NCBI RefSeq assembly: GCF_009914755.1
Contig: NC_060931.1
DNA from: the human T2T-CHM13v2.0 reference genome, Homo sapiens
Reading direction: 5' to 3' (one strand)
DNA: 64,000 bases
The notes beneath the pieces were generated by a model. The model was not told the DNA's origin. It made no database searches and saw only the letters and a list, made by a program, of their open reading frames with translations. Of the stretch, positions 1-14,990 are shown in pieces (position 1 is the stretch's first letter; each line of letters starts with the position of its first letter). Made by a program: the position numbers and the translations under genes.

Positions 1-3000
1 ACATGGATGAGATAACCTTAATTTTTAAAATGTTTAAATCTCAGTTTTCCTAAGCAAATCAAAATTTAGTAACAATGACCTAGGAATTATTTTGATAAAA
101 TGTAAAATCCATTAGGCCATTTACCAAAAGGCAAAAAACAAAACAAAACAATAAAAACCAATCTTCTGCAGTGGGACTACTTTTCCCTATAAGGAGTCCA
201 CTTAGATAACCTGCAAGTCAAAACTAATGAAAATGGTACTTGAATTAGATATAGGAAGAGTATGAAGCCAAGAGCACAGAATGTTATACTGGAAGAAAAT
301 ATGTCCTTTAGGCCTTTAAGGTAAAACATTTTTAGCTTTAGGCCACAAGAGTAGTTAGAAGCTGAGTGAAAAAATTACAGGAGCTGACAAAAAAGTTGAA
401 GGAGAATGGTATTATCTCAGTCCTTCTTGAAGGAGAGAGAGAGCTGAAAACAGTGAGACATGATAAAAGTTGAACTTTTGGGTTAAAAAATTAAAATCTT
501 GTAATTTTATTAAGCATAAATAAATACCTTAAGAAAATCTTGTTGTTCTAACCAATTCTTTAGCATATTAGTTTATTTTTAATATCAAAGCCCAATCTCT
601 AAAAGACTATTATAAATAATTTCCTTTTAATTATAGCCAACTTAATCACAGTTTTTTTCCATAAATTCTCCTTTTACAAACCTTATTGCAACTTATACAA
701 ACCATTTCCAACATGCTTGGACTTGCTGTTTTGTCCTAAACATCCCTCATTCCTAAATAACCAGTGAGTTTACTTTAGGACAAAAATTTACCATATAAGA
801 TTCTTTCTCATATAAAATTATTCCTTTTAACCTGTCTTATCAAAAATATCTCTTTATATCTATTACTTTCTTTACTAGTTCTTTTTACTTTGTTTCAAAA
901 ATAACCTTTAAATAACTTTTGAATTAGACAAAAATTATTTTCCTTCAAATAAGATTTTTAGAAAATTCTTATAATTTAAAAAAATTGGAAATGACCTAGC
1001 TATTTAATGAGTATCTAGTATTTAATTTAATGTAAGTTTACCTTCCAAATTATATGACGTTTATTCCATTTACCTAATTTTTTTATAGTTTACCGAGATT
1101 ACTTATGAAAACATTTAAAGTTATTTCCCTGTTAATCATTTTAGAGCTTGTGAATTTCCTGTGTTTACCTAAGAAAGAACCTTAAGGTTAAATAGACGTT
1201 TTGTTTGTTTGTTTTTGCCAACAATGCAGGATTTTAGCTATTTTCATTAAACCAACAATATTTAATGCCTTCTTGATTAAAAAAATTACACAAACAAAGA
1301 TAATTCTCTTTTGGGATGTATTTATAGCTTTATAATCCTCATGACAAATTTTGACACCTTATAATATCTAGCAGAAATAAATATAACACTATTTGACCAA
1401 TAAATCTAAACAATAATGTATGTTGACAAATCTGAAGACACATCTAATTTTATTTTACCAATAATTTAAAAACCAGCTTATCTATTAGAGGTTTACTTAA
1501 GTCATGTGAACTTGAAAAAGTGTTTGGGCTTAAGGTTTCTATTTTTCTGATAAAGTATTTGATACAAAATTTTTTTTCTTTAAGCCAATTAATTAGAGCT
1601 CTTTTATATACTTTGGTAGTGAAGCATACACAAGACACGTAAATATGCAGACGTTTTAGATACACAGGTAGTATTAGATCTTATAGATCCATAAGACCCC
1701 TTTTTCCTCCTATTTTAGACATCCAATTTCTTGATAATCTGTTTCATTACCCTAGGCAATTGTCAGACAGCCCTAAATTTGCATACTAAAGGAAAAACTC
1801 AGGTAAAAATCAGATAGTGAAATTTATGTCTCAAAGTACATATATGCACACACAAACACACACGCACACAGAGATTGAGAGAGAGAGAGAGAGACTGGTT
1901 TGTTAGAGGGAGTTAAAAATGAATGCCAAGTCACACATAAAATTCTAGAAATCTACCATAGGATTTTATAAGGAGGCCAATATTATTTAAATAGGTAGTT
2001 TTAAATTTAGTCTCTGTCTTTTAACTGGACCTTTGAGCTCTGGGCAGAGCCTACAATGAAGCCTGGGTCTCCAAAAACAGAGACATATCATGAAACTAGG
2101 CCAGGTAACGCTTTTACAGTGCACTTTGTTGCAAGGACATTTCTCTAAGTGTCTAAACCATGTCACTTCTTATCTTAAACACCCAAGAATAGCCCCTGTT
2201 GTATGTAGTAACTATTTTAGTAAAAAAAAAAAAAAAAAAAAAATCAGGTAACATAATACAAAAGCAAGCAGCTTAAGGTCTGAGAGGAACTTGACTGTTT
2301 GTAGTCTTGGAATTCCATAATGAAAAACAGAGATTTCTTGCCAGAATGGAGTCTGGGGCCTTCACTGTTTTCTTTAAGACATTCCAGGCTGTTAGAAATT
2401 ATTTTAGGTCCCTTAGGTAGCAGAGGGGTAGCAAGAGGAAGGAGAGATAGACAGAAGTAAATGGAGAAAACAGAATTCAGTTGACTGAGAAGAAAAAAAA
2501 CCTTTTTCCCAAAAAAACAAGATAATGGGAGAGAACAAAAGTATAAAGGCCTTTTAAATACATATATTAAACACTGCATATGTATGTACATATATATTCA
2601 GTATTATGCATATGTATACACATATACATCTTAATTAGCTTTTAATTAAGCTGACTTTTAATCATTGAGCTCTTTAAAATATCATTTAAAATCTCTTATT
2701 ACCATATTTTATCTGGGACAAACTGATTTTTCAAAGGTAACACAAATACCAATCCAGAAAGGATTTGATTTACAAACCAAACTCAGGCTGCCATGGTGAA
2801 AGGGCAGAACCTTAGCTACTGAACTACAGCATGGAGTGACCACCATTGTTGCTCTTTTAGTTTGGCTTTGCTAGCAAAAGGTGGCCTTTTTACATAAATA
2901 AAGCCCTTCAGGTAGTCAAAATCTTTCTTTTTTCCTTTTCTTGGCCATTTTTTTTCCTTTTCCTTTTTTTGTACACAGCTTTGGGAATTTAGGCAATTCA

Positions 3001-3656
3001 AAGGCTGTGTTCCCCATAATTTGGAACTTTCCTTCAGATTTAACCAAGTCAAGCAGAGTTGGTCAAACCCAATGGGAGAAAGACTGAAATAAAACAACAA
3101 GAACAGAAACAAATAAACAAAAAACCAAGCAAAACAAATAAATGATCACACAACTTATATGATTACGGAGTGCTCTAATAGTAAAGAGAAATTAAGAACA
3201 CCTGGTTGTTAATCTTAATTTTTAGTCATTAAGGAGAACTTCCAAGACAAAACCACAATTCAGCTACTTACCCAGAAATGCGGCCCAGGTTGAAACTGCT
3301 CTCTACCACCTTAGAAGCAGGGAAAAAACTCTCAACCTTGCCTTCCCTGTTGGAAGTGAGCTAAAGCTCCAGAAAGGAATTGCCTGCCTCTAACGTCATG
3401 GAAGCAGGAAAACTCTCATTCCTTGTTGTTAGTGAGTAAAGCTCCAGAAAAGGAGTTGTACAGCAAAATAAACCTCAGATCTCAACCAAATTTGGGAGAT
3501 CAGAGATTCTCTGGAGTGGGGAGCTCCTATGCCTCAGAAAATTTTCCTACTGGTTTGAGCAATAAAGATAGCTCAAGCTGGTCCCAAGCACTGATGGGAA
3601 AGTTACCAAAGGTCAGGGCCACCGCTACTTAGAGTCCCTTCTGATGATCACCAATT
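1..3656 (-). mobile_element. Decayed ERV1 internal region (MER4-group-like), no intact ORF
   Basis: Contiguous with a PBS and MER4-type LTR at its right end. AT-rich non-autonomous internal-type sequence. Its left extent is uncertain. Confidence 0.6.
3632..3653 (-). other. Retroviral primer-binding site, tRNA-Arg-like
   Basis: + strand GAGTCCCTTC(TG)ATGATCACCA resembles the tRNA-Arg 3' end GAGTCCCTTCGTGGTCGCCA and lies 3 nt from the LTR terminus. Confidence 0.6.
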
Positions 3657-4020
3657 TGTAGACCAAAAAGTACCTGAGAGAGTTCCCAGTCAGTTTAGAA
3701 GTTTATTTTTCCAAGTTTAAGGACATGTCCAGGAGAGAAGTCTGTGTCTTTCTCCAGAGATGATTTTCAGGGCTTCAATATTTAAAGGGAAAAAGCAGTC
3801 TTAGAGGAAAGAGGGAGGGTATGGTCATATTACCGAATCCACATGTTGCAAGAGGAAAGGAGCAGGTAGGAGATAGTCAATTATATATTCATCTCACACT
3901 CACTAAATTGGCACTTTACATAAGATAAGGGGAACATAGAGTAGCTACCTGTGGAGACATTTAACTTTTTGTCTGTAGTCATTTGCTTAGGAACAAAAAG
4001 AAAGGCACTTTCTTGCATGA
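3657..4020 (-). mobile_element. MER4-family LTR (5' LTR, 5'-truncated)
   Basis: Reverse complement of the MER4-type LTR end and the internal GGTAGCTACTCTATGTT motif. Confidence 0.7.
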
Positions 4021-4021
4021 T

Positions 4022-5215
<1,194 letters not shown>

Positions 5216-5688
5216 GTAAAATGAGCAAATCACAGAAGAACAAATACTATATGATTCCACTTACGTGAGGTATCTAAAATAGTCAAACTCATAGTGAATA
5301 GTCAAACTCATAGAAAATGGTGGTTGCCAGGGCTAGGCAATGGGAAAAATGGAGAGTTGTTTGATGAGTATAAAATTTCAGTTATGCAAGATGAATAAGT
5401 TCTAGAAATTTGCTGTACAATATAATGCCTCTAATTAAACATACTGTATTGTGCGCTTCAAAATTTGTTTGCAGTAGATTTCATGTTCAGTATTCTTACT
5501 ACACACTCACAAAAAACAAACAAAGGAAAAACCACCACCCGGAAACTTTTGAAGTGACAGATATGTCTATTACCTTGATTGTAGTGATGATGTCACAGGT
5601 GTATGCATATTTCCAAATTCATCAAATTGTATACATTAATGATGTATAGTTTGTTGTATATCAATTATACCTCAAGAAAAATAAAGTA
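5216..5688 (+). mobile_element. L1 3' end (L1MB-like)
   Basis: ATGATTCCACTTA...GGTGGTTGCCAGGG...TCAATTATACCTCAA followed by an A-rich tail. Confidence 0.8.
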
Positions 5689-5739
5689 AGGTAGAATAAA
5701 TTTTCCAACCTGGTTTTTTTTTTTTTTAGATTGTCAGCT

Positions 5740-6985
5740 ATCTAACATCTTTTGCACTTCTATATAACTCCATTTTAGAATTTGTGTGTCAATTCCTATA
5801 AAAAATCTGCTGTGACTTTCAAATGAATTACACTGAATCTACAGATTAATTTAGGGTTTACCGATATCTTAACAATATGGAATCTTCCAGTACATTACTA
5901 TACTATTCCATTTGTTTTGGTCTTCTTTGGTTTCTCTCTGCAATGTTTTGTAGTTTTAAATTTAGAGGTCTTGCATATATTTTGTTAAATTTTTCCTAGG
6001 TATTTGAAGGGTTTTGTGGCTACTGTCATTGGTATTGCTTTTTTGTTTGTTTGTTGGTTCTGGGTTTCCGTTTTAAATAAACTTTGTAATTTGGAAACAT
6101 TTTAGATTTACAGAAATGTTAGAATGATAGTACAGAGTTCTGGTATACTCCTGACCCAGTTACTCTCATTGTTAGTATCTTACATTTCTGATTTATTTTT
6201 GTCAAACTAAGAAAATTTTATTGGTGTATTACTAAAAATGGTAGCTGAATTGCTTTTAAATTTTATTTTGAAATTTTTGTTGATATTATATAAAAATAAA
6301 ATTGATTTTTGTATATTAAAACTTGTGTTCAGTGCTAAATGCATTTATTAGTTCTGGTAGTTTATGGTTTTCTTTGAATTTTCTACATACACAGTCATGA
6401 AACTGTTGACCAATGATATTTTTACTCCTTTATTTACAATCATTATGTTTTTTATTTCTTTATTCTGCCTTATAACACTAACTAGGAACTCCAGGCCAGG
6501 TGTGTTGCTCACGTCTGTAATCCCAGCACTTCAGGAGGCCAAGGTGGGCAGATCAGTTGAGGTCACGAGTTCGAGACCAGCCTCGCCAACATGGAGAAAC
6601 CCGGTCTCTACTTAAGATACAAAAATTAGCTGGGTGCGGTGGCGTGCTCCTGTAATCCCACCCATTCAAGAGGATGAGGCAAGAGAATCACTTAACCTGG
6701 GAGGCGGATGTTGCAGTCAACCAAGATCCTGACACTGCACTACAGCCTGGGCAACAGAGTGAAGCTCTGTTTCAAAAATAGAAAAAAAAAAAAGAAGAAA
6801 GAAAGGAAAGAAAATCCTACTAGGAACTCCAGCACAGCAGACATCATGTCAGTAGGTATCTCTGCCTTGTTAGCAACCTTAGGTAGAAAATGTTCCTTTA
6901 TTCTGTTTATGTGGTAAATTAGGTTGCCTGATTTTCAAATGTTAAATTAGACTTGCATTTCTGGAATAAACCCTACTTGGTCTTC
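5740..6985 (-). mobile_element. Old L1M fragments, interrupted by an Alu
   Basis: Degenerate antisense ORF2 motifs. Confidence 0.55.
6494..6812 (+). mobile_element. Alu with TSD ACTAGGAACTCCA
   Basis: Full dimer. TSD copies at 6481-6493 and 6819-6831. Confidence 0.95.
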
Positions 6986-7070
6986 TACAGAAATTTTAAC
7001 ACTTGTACTCTTTAATCGATCCTCTCTTGTGGGACCTTTGTTATTTTAAGGATTCTGGTATTTTATTTTA

Positions 7071-7353
7071 TTTCTTTTTTTTTTTTTTTTTAGATGGAGT
7101 TTCGCTCTTTTGCCCAGGCTGGAGTGCAGTGGTGCAATCTCCGCCTTCCGGTTTCAAGTGATTCTCCTGCCTCAGTCTCCCGAGTAGCTGGGATTACAGG
7201 CGTGCACCACCACGCCTGGCTAATTTTTGTATTGTTAGTACAGACAGGGTTTCACCATGTTGACCAAGCTGGTCTCAATCTCCTGACCTTGTGATCCTCC
7301 CGCTGCGCCCTCCCAAATTGTTGAGATTACAGGAGTGAGCCACCGCACCCAGC
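7071..7353 (-). mobile_element. Alu with TSD ATTCTGGTATTTT
   Basis: Dimer with a small internal deletion and flanking direct repeats. Confidence 0.95.
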
Positions 7354-7551
7354 TGTATTCTGGTATTTTTAAGTAGGATTGTAGTAATTATCCCTGCAGC
7401 TAAATCATTACATACTTTCATAATAATTTCTACATGAGCAATCCCTAAAAATGGAACTGCTGGGACAAGGCTTTCAATATTTGTTATAAAATTTTCCCCT
7501 AGAAATTTTGAATAAACATATCCTCTATTTCTACCAAAAGCACCTCCTCTA

Positions 7552-7650
7552 CAGATGCTCCTCTGCTTATCATAAAGTTATGTCCCAATAAACCCATGTT
7601 ACAGTTGAAAAATTGTAAGTTGAACCATTTTAAGTTGGGGACTCTTTTAT
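7552..7650. mobile_element. Tigger-type MITE (MER47/Tigger5-like)
   Basis: TA|CAGATGCTCCTC...GTCCCAATAAACCCAT terminal motif. Confidence 0.6.
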
Positions 7651-8105
7651 AGCATTAATATATATAGTAATCAACTCTGGATGCTATCATGGTTTAAATT
7701 GCCAATTTTATAAGCAAAGATGTATCATTTTAATTTATATTCATTTATTCATTAATGAAGTTAAACTTTTTTGCAAATAGTTCTTGGGCATTTCTCTTTT
7801 TTTAGTGTAAAATGCTTATTCATACCCTTTGTCTATTTTGCCAATTAGAGTGTTAAATTTTCTCTTAATGATTTGTAAAAAAAGGTTATATTTATCTTAA
7901 GCTTTTGTATCAACTACATGATATGATAATAATAGAGTTATTAGGAACAAGTTAGAATACAGATTAGAATCTCAGAGATTAAGGCACTGACCTTAAGTGG
8001 TAAATTAAGGATGATGCCAGATTTTAAAGGATGGTGAACACTGTCTTCTGTAGAAAATAGAAAGGCTTTAATAGGGAGATACATGATCTAATTTACATTG
8101 TAGAG

Positions 8106-8215
8106 CAGAGGTCAGCAAACTATGGCCTTTGGGCCACATCTGGTGCATTGACATTTTTGTAAATAAACTTCTATTGGAATATATCTACAACCATTCATTT
8201 ATGTATTGCCTATGA
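8106..8215. mobile_element. MER58 (hAT-Charlie) fragment
   Basis: CAGAGGTCAGCAAACTATGGCC terminus. Confidence 0.7.
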
Positions 8216-10773
8216 AAACTAACATGTGAAGGGGGCACTAGCTTGATCTGCCACATTATATTTCTTTTTTAAAAAGCTGCCAGTAGAAGGCACTGAGAGA
8301 AAGGTGTAAATTGTCAGGAGAAAAATTAAGAAAAGACAGGTCCTGGACATCAGGAAAGGGAGAAGGTATGTTCTCAAAAGAAGAGCATAGAACACACTAT
8401 CCAACTTTGCAGACAAGTCAAGTAAAATAATGATTAAGAAGCTGTCTATTATCAGTCAGAAACCTTTAAGACAGTTTCAGCAGAATAATGGGGGTGGGAG
8501 CCAGATGGTGGGGGGTGGAGAGGAGATACTTGGCACTGAAGGAGTGGAGGCAGCAAATGGCTCGTTCAAAAAGGCTGGCAATGAAGAAGGAAAGAGAAGA
8601 GAAAGATATACAGTAGTTTAAATGAGAAATATTTAATTTATGTGATGCTTCAATTTCAGGCCAGGTAGGTACTCAAATAACTCATCTTTTTTTTCCTTTG
8701 CAAAACTTCAAGTTCTCATAGCAGCAAAATAAATATATTTTTTCATTAAGGGATTATCTCCCTATCTCATGTTAATATGACACAAAAATAACATTAAGAG
8801 CTTGGTTCATATCACATAACATTAACAGTAGTCTTGCAAAAGTTGAGAAAACCCAAGTCATGAGACGTAGGGATTTTCTAGGTGTACTGCTCACCCAGAT
8901 GTAGCCCCACAAAGTGGTATGTATCTTGATGCAGCCAACCAGTCCAGGATCTGTCCTTTTAGCCTTTCAGACTTAGAAACTTAATTTCATCAATGTGAAC
9001 ATATTTAGCATATTCGGGAAGGTGATTCATACTAACAAAGCTCATCAGGGTCTGATATTTAAGCCATTTTATTTATTTACAATAAGGAGTTTGATTGCCA
9101 AGCAGTCTAGACATAGTGAGCCCTGACCAGTGAGCCCAATTATCCCTAGGGTATTTGGGAAGCAAGGAAGCAGGATAAGGAGTTACTTATTGGAATGTGT
9201 AATGACATCTGGCTTTGATGTGACAGTCTTTGAAATAGTTATATTCCTGTCGAGTGGATTCTTGAATCGGCCTAACAGAGCATTCTCTCTTCAGGTGAAG
9301 GCATGCTCTTACAAATTTGCTTCTTCTGCACCTTTATTTCTAAATTTCCTTTTGAAGTACATATCCATACCTTACCACTGTTAATACCTTTCTGCCTAGG
9401 AACAGACACATCTCTTTAAAATGTTCTGCTTTTCTCTGCACTGAATGCATTACGGATGTTATTGCTTAGCTTTCAAGGTTCTTTGAGAACATCTACGATC
9501 ACTCCATATAGATGACAACATTTCATTTGTAATGATGACTTTTACCATTTCTGAGGACAACTATAATTTCATTGTTTATTCTACTTTTCTTCAGGTAAAC
9601 TTATTTCTTTGCCTATATTTTTTAAAAGACATATTACTACCATCAATTGCCAACCCAGTTTATTTGACAAAAGTAAAAAAACCAAAAAGATAGGCACAAT
9701 AAGGATGTTATATTCTTTATATTCTTTAATATACTTAAAAATAATATTCTTTAATAATTCATTTGTTTCACTACTACCTCTACACTGATATGCCATCATT
9801 TATTATCACAACTGCCCAAACATGATATTATTTTGTATTTTTTCATGCAAAGTCTGTTACAGTTCTGCAGTCCTATCCTGTTGCTGATGATTGCAAAAGT
9901 ATTACCTTGTAATAACATCAGCACTGCTCTGACTTATCAAATCCTGATGTGACTGTCAGCTCAACCTTTAAAAGAAACTTAAAGAAAATATGAGTTGTTT
10001 ATATGAAATGTTCCTTAGGATAGTATCATTTAAATGAGACCAACTTCCATGGAAATTATCTAGTATGTCTTTCACAAAATTCTATAAAAGGGCTCTGATG
10101 GTGCACTTAAAAGGCTATCATTAAACCATTTATTGCTGTGTAGGTGCTGATTTTAAAACTTTTTCTCAGACATAAAAGATATAGTTCTTTTGGACCTACA
10201 ACATATTGTTATTTTGCACAATTCATTCTATTCAATTTGTATAATACTCTTAAGACATTGTAAATGTCTGAAAGTAACTATGAGGAAGAAAAAATAAAGA
10301 ATTATGGGATTTGTTGAAAAAGGGACAAAGGGTATATTTTCAGAGGCTATTTGAGAATATATAGGGGAGCTGATTAAGTACAGACAATCCTGGAGGAAAG
10401 CCTAAGAAAAGTTTCTCTATCCTTTTAGTTAGCAGTGATTGTGGATAATGCTCTTTGTCCAGAAAGTTTGTGAGCAGAGCTTCCAGAAAGTAAATATTGT
10501 ATTCTCAACCATAAGATTTTTAGGACTTTTCACTAAAAGATAGCAATTGTACCTGTCATATAGCATTAAATCTTTATTTCCAAACTTAGGTTTAGGATGA
10601 TATAGAAAACCTCAACCAAATTTTAAATAAAATAATAAACATCTTAGTAATAGTTTAGGTACCATAAATATTATATATAGGAAATACAACTAAACTGATG
10701 AGCTACATACACATCTTAATCTCAGAGCTTTTTTGCATTAGTTTCAAACACATCTTAGAAAATAGTAGATATT

Positions 10774-11340
10774 TGTTGGCTGTTACCTCAGCATCCATTT
10801 CCATTTTTTTTTTCCAACCAAAACAAACCTGATTTCCTTAGGAGTACTTACCCAACCTCAGTATAAAGTGACCATATGGATGGAGTAGACAGACCTCATC
10901 CCCAGGTTGAGTCCTGTAGAGCGTCTTGCACTTGACCACAGTGACTGATCCAGAAATGGAGATGTATCACATTTTGGCCAATAAAACTTTACAGATGTGC
11001 TAAGGACTCCTACAAGCGAAGTTTTCTTGCTGCTGTGGGAGTTCCAGGAACTTTCCATGAATAGTGTGAGAAGAATGTGAAGTTCCTTAATGCTGCCACG
11101 AGGGGATCTAGTATGAAAACTAGTCCAGCATCTGCAGGAAGACAGAGCTACAAGAATCAGAATGGACTCAGTGTCCAGATGGCAACACAAACTGATGAAT
11201 TAAGTCTCCCTTTTATAAAGCCTAAAATTAGAGCGGTGTGTACACAATTCAATTACATGAACTCATACTCTCCAAGTTTTTTCTTTCATAATCCACTTTG
11301 GTTCAGGTTTTTTGTCACTTCCAAAAGCCTCCCAGCCAAT
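10774..11340 (+). mobile_element. Old MaLR LTR (MLT1J/K-like)
   Basis: Degenerate MLT1 motifs (GACCACAGTGACTG, TTCAGGTTTTTTGTCACTT). Confidence 0.45.
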
Positions 11341-13429
11341 GTAGGAAGGTAATTTGGAACACTGGAGGAAGTATTGTGGTCAGGAGGTCTGAGTTCTGGT
11401 TTAGTTTTGCCATTATTTGTGTGGTCTTAGGCAAGTTCTTTATAACCACACCCTTTAACCACTGTATCCTTTTTACAAGAATATTCATTCTAGATGATTT
11501 CTATTAATACAACATAGAACAAATTGGCTAGATGTCCACCAATTCCACACATCTTTCTGAGTGTACAGGTGGACTGTATTTATTGGCCTCTCATTAGTTC
11601 AGTTGGGGAATTGTGATTCAGTACTAAAAGATGGGATGTAGACCAAAGTGACGAAAACCACACCAAGGCCTTTTACTTCATATGATTCCAAAATCCTCTC
11701 TTCCTTCTGTTCAATGACTATGGAGGCCAAATACTGAGGATCGCAGAATCAGGGATCTCTGATTTTTACTAGGATTCAATAACCTCTTCCTCCAAGTTTT
11801 CAACCTAACTTTCACAAAATATTTATAAAACATTCTGAAAACTTTCCAGTGTATTTCTGTTCTTCCAGGAAAACTTCTCCTGGATAAAATATTTGTTAAT
11901 TGCACTCATGAAACTGCCTCAGAATTACTTCACTAATAAACTTAAACAGAAATTATGTATGATATACAACCTTCACCCAAATTTAAACCTCATTTACAAA
12001 ATGAAAAAAAAAATCTTAGTGTAGAGTTAAACCCAAATTTGTTGTTATACAACATTTATTTCTTATTCACCTGGAGCCCAATGTGGGTAGAGTAGCTCTC
12101 CTAGAATTTTGAACAAATGGCGTAGACTAGGGAGTTATGATTCAGGATGAAATAATCGAGGCATCCTGTGCATGGACTTGAACCTGCCCCTCAGCAGATG
12201 AGAATCCACTGCAGAGCCTTGAGTGGAGGGTATGGCATATTAGGGGAGCCAGTCAAGAAGTGAAATGACCAAGAGACATCAATAAACTCTCTAAATCAAT
12301 ATTGGCAAGTTATTCCACTATCTCAGGCAGGAGGAGACATTAATTGATTCAACTGATTTTTAAACCAATCTAGAAATTTTGTATCAGCCTTCTAAATTGG
12401 ATTTGTCTCTCCTAATTAGTCCCAGAGAGACCTTTGTCCATCACTCTACTTATTGGATACAAGGAATAATTCACTAATGCTAAAACAGGATCCTTCCAAT
12501 TCTCATTTTCATCTAAGATTTTGTGCCCATTGAACGTTGAGCCAATTGTGCATAACTCCATTTCCTTGCCTGCCAACCCAAACTCAATACAGGGAGAACC
12601 ACCTCAGCTAATTCTATTCATTTTAGAAAAGATATCATTACAACCTAAACTCCTCAAAAGCAGGAACAGTATCTTATTTAGCTTCAGAGAGCCAATGACT
12701 GTCTCAGTATCTGGCACTTTGCTCCACCGTTTGTAGAATTGACAATGGTCAGGAAATAAGGCTCTCTGTCTAGTAGTGACCTCTGGATACCCAATTATCT
12801 TGGGAACTGAAAGGGGCAAGAGACACCACCCACAGAGAAACTGAAAAGTTTCTGTGCAAAGAGAGATACTGTTCCCAGCAGTATCTGTGTGGCAATACAT
12901 ACCACTGCATATTTTCTTTCTGCTTTCCTATGGTGGTTAATGTTATATACATACAAACAGACATGTATACACACACACACATTCCATGAAAAAGGTAAAA
13001 GTCTTAAGAAAATGTGTCTTACTCGTTTCTAATATTCTCTGTGAAAATAATTGTTCTTTTTTTTTTAACATGTCAAACTTTCATTAAAGATTTCTGAATG
13101 AGTGAGTAGAAAAGGTTAAAGCCCAGTGCAACATCTAACGTTAGTGAGGTTTTCTGTGTAAGTTTCTTTGGAGAGGCATGCTGGGGGAGGAAAATTTAAG
13201 GTAAAGTTGTGTCGACTGCTGCAAATAGACTGGTAATGTCTAATGTGTTTATAGTCATCTATTTGTATGGAATGAAAAGAGACTACAAAGAAGATCTTTT
13301 TCTTCACTCAGGGTCTTCTGGTCTTCCGTCTAAACTCTGGGGAAGGCAAAGAAGGGCCAGCTACAACAGAAGCAAGAAGAGCTATTTTCACAAAGATTCT
13401 CTGAGATAAGAAATGAAAACACACTTTTA

Positions 13430-13590
13430 ATTAATTTATTTACTTTGGAGACAGGGATTCACTCTCGCCCAGGCTAGAGTGCAATAGTGTGATCACAGCT
13501 CACTATAGCCTCGAATTTCTGCACTCAAGTGATCTCTCATCTCAGTCTACCAAGTAGCTGAGATCACAGGCTCACAGCACGATGCTCTGT
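13430..13590 (-). mobile_element. Alu monomer (FRAM/AluJ right arm)
   Basis: Single arm flanked by AAACACACTTTTAATT / AAACATACTTTTTAATT direct repeats. Confidence 0.8.
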
Positions 13591-13605
13591 GGAAACATAC
13601 TTTTT

Positions 13606-13607
<2 letters not shown>

Positions 13608-13646
<39 letters not shown>
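13608..13646. repeat. Poly-T homopolymer (39 nt)
   Basis: Counted directly. Confidence 0.95.
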
Positions 13647-13649
<3 letters not shown>

Positions 13650-14604
13650 AAATTGGTAAGAGTGAAATTCCATAAACACCAGGCCCTTGCAAGTTCACCA
13701 GCCCATGCCCAATTACTCCGGGGAAAAGGCCTGGGTAGCTTATACCTTCATCTCCATGACTAACTAACATCTCCACACTGCGAGTTTGGCTCAGGCTTCT
13801 TGAAAGCCACAACTAGATCACTGTGGTGTTGGGAAGGAAGGTGAGATCAAATTTGTCAAATGTTTGCTTGAAGAGCCCAATATGCTTGCAGGATGTTCAG
13901 GTTTATTTGGTGGTGACCACCTATGCCAGTCCACAGAGAGAGGTTGTTATTGCTGGAGGACAGGTGAGAATGGCATCTCACATTCACCTAACAGCGCTCT
14001 CACCTTGGCTTGCTTTGAACCAGTAAGCAAGCAAGGCAAATGATATACATGAGATTAGAATATAGATTCGTGGCTGCAACAAGCGGGAGGTTCTCTCAGA
14101 GTCTGGGGATCTCAACCTCCCAGAGGAATGAATCAGTAGGTCAGAGCAGCTCTGAAATGTGGGCTCACTCTACTCTTTACATTTCCAGCTTGATGAGGTT
14201 AAGTGGCAACCCACAGTCAACAGTCGGTCCTAACACCATGAAATAAATGTTAGCTGTGCCACAATCAGATAACTAAGTTACTTCTTTGTATCATTTCTTG
14301 CTACATAAGTGGCCCAAGTTGAAGTCTGGTGCAGCAGACAGTCTATGGTCTACTAAAGACAGGAATTTTGTTTTTGAGTAAACAATCCACTTTAGACCAA
14401 CTTTGGTGGTAGGAAAGACTACCCACTCAGGAATATTTAGGGAGGCTTGTGCAGATGTGTGAAGATGGGGAGAAACCCTACCCTGTCCTTTGCTTCACAT
14501 AAAAGAGAATCAGGTGAAGTCAAATGATGACAAGGACTGGGGCTAGACTCCTGCTCCTAACTCAAGATAGAGACCTTTTTAAAGGAAGAGTACTTTTGAT
14601 CTCT

Positions 14605-14990
14605 ATCTTAGTTTGAGTTCTCCCAAAAGCAGATCCTGGGGCAAGAATTTAAGTGCAAGTAGATTATTTAGGGAAAACCAGTAAGGGAGTGGAGAAGGGT
14701 TATAAGGAAAGGAAGTGAGTCAATAAAATGTGCACAGTTAAGCCACTACTGTTGAATGAGCAGAGATACAGCACCTGGATTATCCCACCTTGTTGATGAA
14801 GAGGCTGTTATTTATAAACTCAGTCACTGACTGAAGACTGCTCCCTGAGGGAGTGTTAATTCCCCAGAATTCCTAGCCTGCCACACATGGAGAGGGGTGC
14901 AGAAAACGCCTTCAAACGCGGAGATGCACATATCAAAAACTGAAAGTACACTGGAGCACAGTGAAGTCATTTTGAGAGAAATGGGAAATG
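14605..14990 (-). mobile_element. ERVL LTR (LTR16-like)
   Basis: AAGCAGATCCTGGGGCAAGAATTTAAGTGCAAGTAGATTATT resembles the LTR16 reverse end. Confidence 0.55.

Noticed and set aside
1-3656. gag/pol/env coding capacity in the ERV internal region
   Set aside because: Only short low-complexity ORFs, with no retroviral protein motifs.
9532-9556. C-box ATGATGA and D-box CTGA (snoRNA-like)
   Set aside because: The boxes are far too close together, there is no terminal stem, and the site is not in a host-gene intron.
13608-13700. T39 as the poly(A) tail of a minus-strand retrocopy
   Set aside because: No adjacent poly(A) signal (TTTATT) or gene-like sequence. It is better explained as expansion of the T run in the TSD of the neighbouring Alu monomer.
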